DNA from: a virus
Reading direction: 5' to 3' (one strand)
Virus record (IMG/VR): IMGVR_UViG_3300027503_000009
DNA length: 64,000 nucleotides
Part shown: positions 17,449 to 25,410 of the stretch, piece by piece
How positions within the stretch are numbered: position 1 is the first letter of the stretch
How the letters are laid out: every line of letters begins with the position of its first letter
Notes under the pieces: generated by a model
What the model saw: only the letters and a program-made list of their open reading frames with translations
Databases searched by the model: none
Told to the model about the DNA's origin: nothing
Translations under genes and position numbers: made by a program

Positions 17449-17646
17449 TTAGGCAGTCTGATACTTGCCCTTGACTTCCTTGTTCAGAAACTTTCCAGAA
17501 GAAGGTGCGTTCACCAGATCCTCATAGACCTGAACAGGAACGTCCTTGTAGTCATACTTCTTACCGGAAGTAAACTTCACAGTGAGAATCTGATTGATGT
17601 GGTCATAACCAACACCAGAAACAGCGGAACTTTCAAGCTTTACCAT
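17449..17646 (-). CDS. KTSC domain protein
   Basis: SSAV..VGYD...L.V.F.SG..Y.Y..VP..VY..L..A.S.GKF; ATG 17646. Confidence 0.9.
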   Translation of the reverse strand: MVKLESSAVSGVGYDHINQILTVKFTSGKKYDYKDVPVQVYEDLVNAPSSGKFLNKEVKGKYQTA

Positions 17647-17708
17647 ATTTATATCCTTTTTTGTGGGTTGTGAGTTTCTCTCACTCACAACCCTAGTATA
17701 CCACAGAA

Positions 17709-17927
17709 TTACTTCTTACGCAAGCCCTTGTCGATATCAACAGCAGTTTTGAATGCAGGAATATCAAAATGTTCCTTGTATTCATCCAGCGGCATTTTCC
17801 GAAATTCATCAACGAAGGAACCTTCAACAATTTCTGCCAGTTCCCATTCACTCATAGATTCAACCAACTTGGTTGCATAAACCTGAGTCAGCAAATCCAA
17901 TTCTTTTACAGTCAGATCGTTAATCAT
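17709..17927 (-). CDS. hypothetical protein
   Basis: 72 aa; resembles neighbour 17936-18145. Confidence 0.7.
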   Translation of the reverse strand: MINDLTVKELDLLTQVYATKLVESMSEWELAEIVEGSFVDEFRKMPLDEYKEHFDIPAFKTAVDIDKGLRKK

Positions 17928-17935
17928 GTTTTCCT

Positions 17936-18145
17936 CTACTGTTCCAGTGTACCAGATTCCATGTCGTCTGTCAAGAGTTCAGGGGCAACTTCTGTGATTT
18001 CTGCCAGAATATCTTCAGTCCCCATCTGCTCCAAACGTGCATGAATGGATTCATAGGCATGATTGATGAGATCCTCCATGTCCATTGTATCAACAATCAA
18101 TTCTACATATTCGTTAATGAGGTCGTGCAGTTGTTCGTTACTCAT
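17936..18145 (-). CDS. acidic hypothetical protein
   Basis: YVE.IVD.MD..DL pattern; leaderless promoter. Confidence 0.75.
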   Translation of the reverse strand: MSNEQLHDLINEYVELIVDTMDMEDLINHAYESIHARLEQMGTEDILAEITEVAPELLTDDMESGTLEQ

Positions 18146-18147
18146 GA

Positions 18148-18357
18148 TTATATCTTAGCACCTTTCAGGTTAGTTGTCAACTCAATTTTTGAAGTTTTCA
18201 ATCCATACCACAATTTCATATAAGAACGGACTCTTGCCCACTTTCCGGTGAAAGTGATTTGTCGATAACAAGAACCAGTTCTAATACCGGAACAAGGGAT
18301 TGATTTTTCCCCAGACCTGGATGCAGTCCACACTCTTGAAATGCGTGATTTCATCAT
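18148..18357 (-). CDS. basic Ser/Arg/Trp-rich peptide, possible diverged SX-family member
   Basis: own leaderless promoter. Confidence 0.6.
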   Translation of the reverse strand: MMKSRISRVWTASRSGEKSIPCSGIRTGSCYRQITFTGKWARVRSYMKLWYGLKTSKIELTTNLKGAKI

Positions 18358-18388
18358 GAAACTATATTAGCACCTTTCTGTGTGTTTG

Positions 18389-18556
18389 TCAAGACCTAGA
18401 CCCAGACCAAGACCTAGACATAGACTCAGACTCAGACCAAGATCCAGACCTAGACATAGACTCAGACTCAGACCAAGATCCAGACCAAGACCCAGACATA
18501 GACATAGACATAGACTCAGACCAAGACTTAAATTTTTGTGTTCTTGATTTCTTCAT
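18389..18556 (-). CDS. (Ser-X)n repeat peptide, copy D (55 aa; variant leader; not in ORF track)
   Basis: MKKSRTQKFK + 22 SX pairs + S; promoter TTGACG-17-TATGAT-6 nt-ATG. Confidence 0.75.
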   Translation of the reverse strand: MKKSRTQKFKSWSESMSMSMSGSWSGSWSESESMSRSGSWSESESMSRSWSGSRS

Positions 18557-18587
18557 GATTATATCATACCACAGGCTGATGTGTTCG

Positions 18588-18779
18588 TCAAGACCCAGAC
18601 CCAGACCAAGACCAAGACCTAGACCCAGACATAGACCCAGACCTAGACCAAGACCCAGACCAAGACCCAGACTCAGACCCAGACATAGACCTAGACCTAG
18701 ACCCAGACCAAGACCAAGACCAAGACCAAGACCCAGTCCCAGACCAAATATTTCTTTTGTAGATTGATTTCTTGATCAT
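18588..18779 (-). CDS. (Ser-X)n repeat peptide, copy E
   Basis: MIKKSIYKRNIW + SX tail. Confidence 0.75.
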   Translation of the reverse strand: MIKKSIYKRNIWSGTGSWSWSWSWSGSRSRSMSGSESGSWSGSWSRSGSMSGSRSWSWSGSGS

Positions 18780-18785
18780 AGTTTA

Positions 18786-18971
18786 TTAACCAGTTTCAGA
18801 ATAAGACCTAGACCCAGACCTAGACTCAGACCTAGACCCAGACCAAGACCTAGACCCAAACCCATACCAAGACCTAGACCTAGATCCAGACCCAGACCAA
18901 GACCCAGACATAGACCAAGACATAGACCTAGACGCAGACCAAATATTTCTTTTGTAGATTGATTTCTTCAT
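18786..18971 (-). CDS. (Ser-X)n repeat peptide, copy F (61 aa)
   Basis: MKKSIYKRNIW...SYSETG; TG-TATAAT 6 nt before ATG 18971. Confidence 0.78.
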   Translation of the reverse strand: MKKSIYKRNIWSASRSMSWSMSGSWSGSGSRSRSWYGFGSRSWSGSRSESRSGSRSYSETG

Positions 18972-18996
18972 GATTATATTATACCACAGGTGGCCC

Positions 18997-19998
18997 TTAA
19001 CGGGCCACCTTGAAACAAGTGGATTTCGCAACTTTCACGAAATCTTCATCAGACTTCGCAAACTTCAGAATTTTCGCCAACTTCAACACCATGCGAAGCG
19101 ACAATTCCCGCAGCTTCTTGTGGTTGTCCTCCACAAACTGCATCAACGTCTGCTGCTGGTTTTCTTCCAGTCCCAGAGTGTGAAGCATATCGGTGTTCTG
19201 AACCACGTCCTTGATTCGGATCAGGAACTCACGGGTATTTCGCAAATTCAAATCCAAGTAGAACGAACGGGAAATCAGTGCCTGATAGTGAGGTGACATT
19301 TTGTTGCCCTGCTGGATCATGGCATCAAAATCCCGATTGGTGACGAAAATCACAGAACCACGAAATTCAAACGTGGAAGGAATTTCATCGCCAGCATCAT
19401 CTTCCCACTTCTTTTCCGTTTTCCAGGAAATCATGCGGCGTTTGGTGCTATCCAAAGCAGCTTTCCAGATGTTCAGACCAACTTCATCATCGAAAACAGA
19501 ATCAGCGTCATCAATCAGCAAAACACTGTTTTCATGACGATTTTCCCACAACATCCGGAAAATGCCAGTAGGACGAACAAAGCCCTTAACAGGAGTGTAG
19601 TTAATCTTCTCATCAAGGAAAGCATTCTCCAACATCATTTCGATGTTGTAGGTCTTGCCGATGCCAGGATTGCCGGAAACAATCATCGACGTGACCTTGC
19701 CTTCAATAACAGCTTCCACCATGCGATCCATCGAAGAGAAACCATCACGCTGACGCTCCAGAATTTCCTCGTCAGTTTCCACAACAAGAGGAACAACTTC
19801 ACCAGGAGCTTCAGCAACACCATTAACATTTCGCAGCACGTTCAGATCGAAGATGCCACGAGAAATCTTACCAAGAGTCCAAAACTTAACAGGAATGCGA
19901 ACATTGAAAATTTCAGCTTCCTGCTTAATAGTCTTAGCACGAAGAATGGTGCCGCCGTGCTTTTCAGTCATCTGGTCAACGAAGTTCGTGATGTTCAT
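18997..19998 (-). CDS. AAA+ family ATPase
   Basis: Walker A GNPGIGKT, Walker B LLIDDAD, FVTN sensor, ALISR, LRELSLR. Confidence 0.88.
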   Translation of the reverse strand: MNITNFVDQMTEKHGGTILRAKTIKQEAEIFNVRIPVKFWTLGKISRGIFDLNVLRNVNGVAEAPGEVVPLVVETDEEILERQRDGFSSMDRMVEAVIEGKVTSMIVSGNPGIGKTYNIEMMLENAFLDEKINYTPVKGFVRPTGIFRMLWENRHENSVLLIDDADSVFDDEVGLNIWKAALDSTKRRMISWKTEKKWEDDAGDEIPSTFEFRGSVIFVTNRDFDAMIQQGNKMSPHYQALISRSFYLDLNLRNTREFLIRIKDVVQNTDMLHTLGLEENQQQTLMQFVEDNHKKLRELSLRMVLKLAKILKFAKSDEDFVKVAKSTCFKVAR

Positions 19999-20033
19999 AT
20001 TGTTAGTATCTCACAGTTTGGTCAGGTTGTCAA

Positions 20034-20699
20034 CTAGCCAATCTGAATAAATTCAGATTTTTTGTTTCGTGCTTTGCCTTTGGCTTTCAATCCAACAATC
20101 ACGCCTTTGGCATCCAAGAAGCGAAGATCAGTTTCGTCGCCATTTACCACAGGATAGCCCCAATGAGTTTTGGGCAACTTGTCGAAAACAACAGCGACAT
20201 TAACACCATGCTTCAACGCTTCCAAGCACTTCTCCATATTATCACCACTGAAAGAATAAGTCAAGTGGTAATTTTCAGAAACACGCTCCCAAGGGCGATC
20301 CAGTTTAGTGTAATCATAGAACTGGACATTAGGACGTGCAGTGTGCAATGCCTTAGCCAACCAAGGCAGATCAGAAGTTCCATTCGGACGAAAAACAGGA
20401 ACCAGATTAGATTTTACCGCAGCAGCACAAGCTTTGTCAAGTTCTTTCAAAGCCTGGGCAATAAATTTTTCACGATTTTCAAACAACTTCTTGGTCTTGT
20501 TGATGCGTCCATTCTGGACATTAGAGAATGCACCCATGCCAGAAGTGTTCAGGCAGAATGCCAAACATTCTTTAGAAGCACCAGCACAGACCTGATGACC
20601 AGACAAATCACCAGGAGCCAGATAAATGATTCCGGTCTGATATCCAAGCTTCTGACCCTTGACCGTTTTTGCGTTTGCGTCGATGTTCCAGATCGTCAT
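20034..20699 (-). CDS. GP88-like Cys-motif protein (radical-SAM-related)
   Basis: C-x6-C-x3-C (CAGASKECLAFC), RPNGTSD, FYDYTK, D..DLRFLD. Confidence 0.75.
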   Translation of the reverse strand: MTIWNIDANAKTVKGQKLGYQTGIIYLAPGDLSGHQVCAGASKECLAFCLNTSGMGAFSNVQNGRINKTKKLFENREKFIAQALKELDKACAAAVKSNLVPVFRPNGTSDLPWLAKALHTARPNVQFYDYTKLDRPWERVSENYHLTYSFSGDNMEKCLEALKHGVNVAVVFDKLPKTHWGYPVVNGDETDLRFLDAKGVIVGLKAKGKARNKKSEFIQIG

Positions 20700-20740
20700 A
20701 TGAAACCAGTATAGCAAACTGAATATCAGACTGTCAACAA

Positions 20741-20965
20741 CTAAATGAACCAGCGACCATTAACTTTCTTTAATCTTCCATTTTCAATATCAGCAACAGT
20801 CACTCTTGCCCAATATTTGGCTTCACCGACAATATCATTATCAATTGTAGTACCGGAATCATATTCTTCATCTTCAATAAAAATTGAAAAATTAATGTTG
20901 TTTGCTTTCCAAGCATTCACATGAACTTTAATTCCGGTGTTTGTGTGTTGTGTAATGGTAATCAT
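20741..20965 (-). CDS. hypothetical protein
   Basis: TATACT shortly before ATG. Confidence 0.6.
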   Translation of the reverse strand: MITITQHTNTGIKVHVNAWKANNINFSIFIEDEEYDSGTTIDNDIVGEAKYWARVTVADIENGRLKKVNGRWFI

Positions 20966-20981
20966 TGATTACAGTATATCA

Positions 20982-21170
20982 CTACCGGATCATTGTTTCA
21001 ACCAGTTTTCTTCCTTTATAGAAAAAAAGTTTTTCCCAATCATGTTCTGATCTTAACCATAAACATTTAAGAAAGAAAATGAAATTTTCTACATCTCCTT
21101 CATTATGAAAATTGGAATATTTAAATTTAATCACTTCATTAGGAAATTGAACTTTCAATGTGATGTACAT
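20982..21170 (-). CDS. hypothetical protein
   Basis: TTGACA-17-TATAAT-6 nt-ATG. Confidence 0.65.
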   Translation of the reverse strand: MYITLKVQFPNEVIKFKYSNFHNEGDVENFIFFLKCLWLRSEHDWEKLFFYKGRKLVETMIR

Positions 21171-21334
21171 GTTTTGATTATATCAGTCCAAGAATAGGTT
21201 GTCAACTATTTTTTAACAAAATAATTCCAGTTTAATCTTAAAATTTGTTTCTTTAGTAAAGAATTTTCTTTTTTAACTGATAGTGTCATGTGTTCAGTAT
21301 ACCATATCCAGGATTTTGTCAAAATTAATTTTTA

Positions 21335-21499
21335 TTAATCTGAATTTTGAAGTTCTTCAATCTGCATTTTCAATTCATCGACCATATCTTGCAATTCAGA
21401 ATTAATTTCTCTTAATTTTGCAATTTTTTCATCCCGTTTTTGGATGATATCCATTAAATCGTCGATAATTTTTTCAAATTTTTCAATTTCTTCATCCAT
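21335..21499 (-). CDS. coiled-coil acidic peptide
   Basis: heptad pattern; probable ATG 21499. Confidence 0.6.
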   Translation of the reverse strand: MDEEIEKFEKIIDDLMDIIQKRDEKIAKLREINSELQDMVDELKMQIEELQNSD

Positions 21500-21515
21500 G
21501 TGTTCAAAATCCCCC

Positions 21516-21605
21516 AGAATTCTACTTGTTCCAGCCGTCAAAATTCCACCAATCTGTTAAAATTAGCAAAAAAATGATTAAAACGGCTGGAACAAGTAGA
21601 ATTCT
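21516..21605. repeat. 23-bp perfect inverted repeat
   Basis: agaattctacttgttccagccgt / acggctggaacaagtagaattct. Confidence 0.9.
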
Positions 21606-21623
21606 CATGTGTTCAGAAAAAAA

Positions 21624-21824
21624 CTAGCCCTGGACCAGCATCTGCTTAACAGAAAAACCCATAACTTCCTCAATATTCGGAGTAGTTACCATGTCTTCCA
21701 GAGTTTCATCGGTGAATTCACCAATCTTTAGCGTTTCTCGAACACATTCATTGTAGGAATCAGCAATAACCAGCGGATTTTCGGTCTGAATCTCATTGTC
21801 GAAAGAGCAAAACTTAACGTTCAT
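21624..21824 (-). CDS. hypothetical protein
   Basis: SD gagga; promoter at about 21895-21922. Confidence 0.65.
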   Translation of the reverse strand: MNVKFCSFDNEIQTENPLVIADSYNECVRETLKIGEFTDETLEDMVTTPNIEEVMGFSVKQMLVQG

Positions 21825-22193
21825 TATGTAATTATCCTCAGTTTTTGATTTTTTGTAGCTTCTGTGTGTTCGGAACACATCGTCTACTCTTTTAGTATAG
21901 CAAAGTCATGTGTTCATGTCAAGTGTTGGCGAAAAAAAGTTGGAAAAAAAATTTTAATATGAAAAAATTTTCAGAAAAAATGGCGCAGCAGTTAAAGTAC
22001 CCACAACTTTTCAACCATTTTCACAACTTCCCAACTATTTTCACAAATGTGTCATTTTTGACACATTGTGTCTTTTTTTCCACATAAATAGATACCCAAA
22101 CAAAACAACACCCCACCATTTCTATCGACTATTAGAGATGGGTCACTATTTATTCTACTTTTTTATCCTGTCGAAATACCCTGTCATTCTATC

Positions 22194-23057
22194 TTACCAT
22201 AACTTTTCTTTTTTATTGTAGTAATAAATTTTATTTTTTATATTGTGACATTCTTTACATTCTGCACTTAGATTATATTTTCCATCTTTCTTTTTATTAT
22301 ATTGGGAAAATAATTTTTCTTTTTTACACATTGAGCAAATTTTTGTTTGTGGTGTCTCTAATGTATAGTTTGCTGACATCCTTTTTAATTTTCTTGTTAT
22401 ATGTCCTTTTTTAGCAATTTCACTTCTTTCTTCTGGTGTGCTACTCTCCAACCATTTTGTTGCTCTTTTTTTAGCAATTTCACTTCTTTCTTCTGGTGTG
22501 CTACTCTCCAACCATTTTGTTGCTCCTTTTTTACCAATTTTACTTTTTTGTTCTGGTGTTAATTTAGCTAATGATGATTCATATCCCTTTTTACCCCCTT
22601 TTTTACCAATTTCACTTAATTGTTCTGGTGTTAATTTAGCTAATGATGATTCATATCCCTTTTTACCATTTTCACTTCTTTGTTCTGGAGTTAATTTAGC
22701 TAATGCTGTTGCATATGCTTTTTTACCAATTTCACTTAATTGTTCTGGTGTTAAATAATAATTTTTTCCACTTATTGCATAGTTTAAGTTTTTTGGTTTG
22801 TCGTGGATATTTTCTCTGATAATTTTTTCTTCTGCAATACCCAAACTAATTCTATTTTTGTGATGTTCGAGAATTATTTTTTTCTTACGTTCTTTGGGCC
22901 AGTTTTTTATAATTTCTTTTGCTGTTTTTGGTGATCCCATATAACGACAATCCTGCTCAGGGTTAACTGAGCAGGATCTCTTGCCGAAATAATTATGAAT
23001 TTCTACATTGTTTTCATCAAGTAGTTCTAGTTTGTAAATGTAGTGATAACAGGACAT
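22194..23057 (-). CDS. GIY-YIG (Seg-like) homing endonuclease-related protein with internal repeats and C-terminal Cys4 module
   Basis: YHYIYK...YFGKRS...YMGS; six TPE(Q/E).SE.(G/A)KK repeats; CSMC...CKEC. Confidence 0.7.
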   Translation of the reverse strand: MSCYHYIYKLELLDENNVEIHNYFGKRSCSVNPEQDCRYMGSPKTAKEIIKNWPKERKKKIILEHHKNRISLGIAEEKIIRENIHDKPKNLNYAISGKNYYLTPEQLSEIGKKAYATALAKLTPEQRSENGKKGYESSLAKLTPEQLSEIGKKGGKKGYESSLAKLTPEQKSKIGKKGATKWLESSTPEERSEIAKKRATKWLESSTPEERSEIAKKGHITRKLKRMSANYTLETPQTKICSMCKKEKLFSQYNKKKDGKYNLSAECKECHNIKNKIYYYNKKEKLW

Positions 23058-23058
23058 A

Positions 23059-23319
23059 TTAGAATAATTTTGAAATTTTGTTGAGAATTTTTGTTAATAA
23101 ATTTGGTTCATAAAGCGAACAATTACAATCTTTGTTTTGTAAATAACAAATTGAAGAACATGGATTGTCTGGATTTTCTTTTGAAAGTTTAGTGTAAACT
23201 TCCATATTAAGAGATTTTCTTGCACCATTTACTGGTGAATATTCAATTTTGTAGAATTGTGGATGATTACATTCAACGAATTGTGAATCAAAATGTTTGC
23301 AATTTTTACATAATACCAT
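23059..23319 (-). CDS. Cys-rich hypothetical protein
   Basis: CKNCKHF...C.HP...C..YEP. Confidence 0.7.
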   Translation of the reverse strand: MVLCKNCKHFDSQFVECNHPQFYKIEYSPVNGARKSLNMEVYTKLSKENPDNPCSSICYLQNKDCNCSLYEPNLLTKILNKISKLF

Positions 23320-23395
23320 AATACCCCTTTAATTTTAATCTTCGGACTGATAGATAAAGTACAAAATAATTAAAATGATAATAATTAACATTGCA

Positions 23396-23758
23396 TTATT
23401 CATTGTGAATGTCCGGAACAAAATTGTTGTTTTTATAGAAATTCTCAAAAAATTCTTCTATCTCTACAATTGAAGAAAATGTTTCACCGGAAAATGACAC
23501 ATTTACACATGTATTGTTTTGTAGATAGAAAGCTACTTCAAATGTGGTGGCGGGACCTACCTTGTTATATAGATCTGTAAATATGTAGTAGTAAATGTTG
23601 ATGAAATACTTTGTTTTATCATTTTCCTTTACTTTCTTTTGGAAAAACAAATCAGCATATTTGAACATTTGCTTGTCCTTGAAAGGGAAATGCTTGTAGC
23701 CGGAATCAATGATATTTTGTGGTGTGAACATAGTTTTTAAATTATTGATTACGTCCAT
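23396..23758 (-). CDS. hypothetical protein
   Basis: 120 aa ORF. Confidence 0.7.
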   Translation of the reverse strand: MDVINNLKTMFTPQNIIDSGYKHFPFKDKQMFKYADLFFQKKVKENDKTKYFINIYYYIFTDLYNKVGPATTFEVAFYLQNNTCVNVSFSGETFSSIVEIEEFFENFYKNNNFVPDIHNE

Positions 23759-23899
23759 GATCTAAAAGTGTAATGTGCAGTGAAAGATGAAAAAACTGCA
23801 CCACACTTGGAATTTGTCCATGAATGTAATGTTGATGTTGTCCAAGAATTTTTTCCAGATTGTGATGTTGGATTTCTTTTCAGTGTTGAGATTTTCATC

Positions 23900-24109
23900 T
23901 TATAGTCCATTAAGTAGTTTCTTGTATTCTTCTTTAAATGTTTCATTTTGCCAAATTTCATTAGCAATGAAAAATGCATCTTCAATTGGAGCAGTTTCAA
24001 CAAGATTTACATGGTTGTCTGTCATGCAACAATATGTGTATTCTTGTGCTGCTTTAGCTGCAAGAAATGTTGTAGCGTAATTAATAATGAATTTTTCTTT
24101 TTCTGTCAT
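23900..24109 (-). CDS. hypothetical protein
   Basis: TTGACA-18-TATAAT-6 nt-ATG(24109). Confidence 0.65.
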   Translation of the reverse strand: MTEKEKFIINYATTFLAAKAAQEYTYCCMTDNHVNLVETAPIEDAFFIANEIWQNETFKEEYKKLLNGL

Positions 24110-24116
24110 ATAATTA

Positions 24117-24536
24117 TTATAACACTTCCCAACCTTCATTGTCAAGAGTGTAGAAAACATTTTTAATTTCAAATTCAACAATTGCTCTCATGCAGCCAGG
24201 ACAAGGTTTTGACATTCCATAAATCATTTTGTTCGTTTTCACGTCAGTTTTTGCCCTGCACACAAACAAAGAAACTTTATTGAAATCTTCTACATCCAAA
24301 TAGCGTAACGCATTTTTAATTGCTGCAATTTCAGCATGAAGGAAAATAGATAAATCTTTATTAGTTGCATATTTAGCCTGTAAAGGAGATGATTTATTTG
24401 AATTTACACCAACAGAAATAATCTTGTTTTTGTGGACAATTGCAGCAGCAATTTTAGCACCAGCAATCTTGGGCGTTGCAATAGCAACTTCTTTCAAGAG
24501 AGAAAAAACTTTAATGATTTTCTGTTCCGACTTCAT
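24117..24536 (-). CDS. cytidine/dCMP deaminase-fold protein
   Basis: HAE...SKPCPGC zinc motif. Confidence 0.85.
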   Translation of the reverse strand: MKSEQKIIKVFSLLKEVAIATPKIAGAKIAAAIVHKNKIISVGVNSNKSSPLQAKYATNKDLSIFLHAEIAAIKNALRYLDVEDFNKVSLFVCRAKTDVKTNKMIYGMSKPCPGCMRAIVEFEIKNVFYTLDNEGWEVL

Positions 24537-24548
24537 ACTTTTATTGTA

Positions 24549-24776
24549 TCACAAATATTTTTGTTTGTCACTAGTGATTTTCGACCAAGCCATTGATGAA
24601 AAACCTGAATAGGAATTTGATGTTAAATTATTTACTTCTGACTTTCTTTTTCCATATCGACCGGAATATGAATAATTTTGTCCAATTTTTTCGTATCTTA
24701 GATTAACACCACTAGAACTTTTACGCTTAGTTTGAAAATCTTTGTAAAAATATTTTTTAGTTTTTGAATACATCAT
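24549..24776 (-). CDS. basic Ser-rich peptide
   Basis: 75 aa; K/Y-rich N-terminus and S-rich remainder. Confidence 0.55.
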   Translation of the reverse strand: MMYSKTKKYFYKDFQTKRKSSSGVNLRYEKIGQNYSYSGRYGKRKSEVNNLTSNSYSGFSSMAWSKITSDKQKYL

Positions 24777-25003
24777 AATTTTAAAACCTGTTCATCATTA
24801 ACATCCCAATCAGCAAAATAATAATTATTATCATCTAACCAGTCAAAAGAAACATAATTAAATGGTAAATCTTCACATTCACTTGCTTTTGAATAATCAT
24901 ACTTGTGATTGTTGATAAAATTCTTAACAGCGTCAAAATTTGTAATTGTGAACTTTCTCTCTGTGAGAAGTTCCGTGTTTTTGAAAAATTTAACTGTTAA
25001 CAT
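24773..25003 (-). CDS. hypothetical protein
   Basis: leaderless promoter TTGACA-17-TATACT. Confidence 0.7.
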   Translation of the reverse strand: MLTVKFFKNTELLTERKFTITNFDAVKNFINNHKYDYSKASECEDLPFNYVSFDWLDDNNYYFADWDVNDEQVLKL

Positions 25004-25038
25004 AATATCAGTATATCACAAAAATATAAGTTTGTCAA

Positions 25039-25410
25039 CTATTCATCAATAAATTCTTGACAGGAAACCATGACCATATTTAGTTCACAAAAGCACTCTG
25101 AAATTTCTGGTGTTACCAACCCCTCAATAATATATACATCATCATTTTTTTCAATATCATATGTTGAAGGAATACCAGTGCAATAATAGTCCATATAATC
25201 TTCTTTATAGTTAAAAAGACTATTTCTAATTTCAGCTACAACATTACCAGCAGTTCTCCAGGAAACTGAGAAATCCTGATTCTTGTAATCCCATACAGTA
25301 TTACAAAGTGCTGCATAAAAATTCTGTGCAAAATTATAATCGTCAAACTTGTGAGCAAAAGATGAATTTTTTACATCTTCAATAAAACTTAAAATTGTGT
25401 CGTGGTTCAT
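25039..25410 (-). CDS. conserved hypothetical phage protein
   Basis: AQN.YAALCN..W...SWR.AG..VA...YMDYYC.G. Confidence 0.8.
   Translation of the reverse strand: MNHDTILSFIEDVKNSSFAHKFDDYNFAQNFYAALCNTVWDYKNQDFSVSWRTAGNVVAEIRNSLFNYKEDYMDYYCTGIPSTYDIEKNDDVYIIEGLVTPEISECFCELNMVMVSCQEFIDE

Noticed and set aside
18555-18767. + strand (Pro-Arg)n ORF, and the (Asp-Pro/Gln)n tail of 16278-16658
   Set aside because: Antisense read-outs of the TCT-NNG hexamers; promoters and the conserved leader are all on the - strand
15241-18971. SX tracts as a CRISPR array or DGR variable regions
   Set aside because: No constant repeat with unique spacers, no cas genes, no reverse transcriptase in the window, and variation is hexamer order rather than adenine-specific
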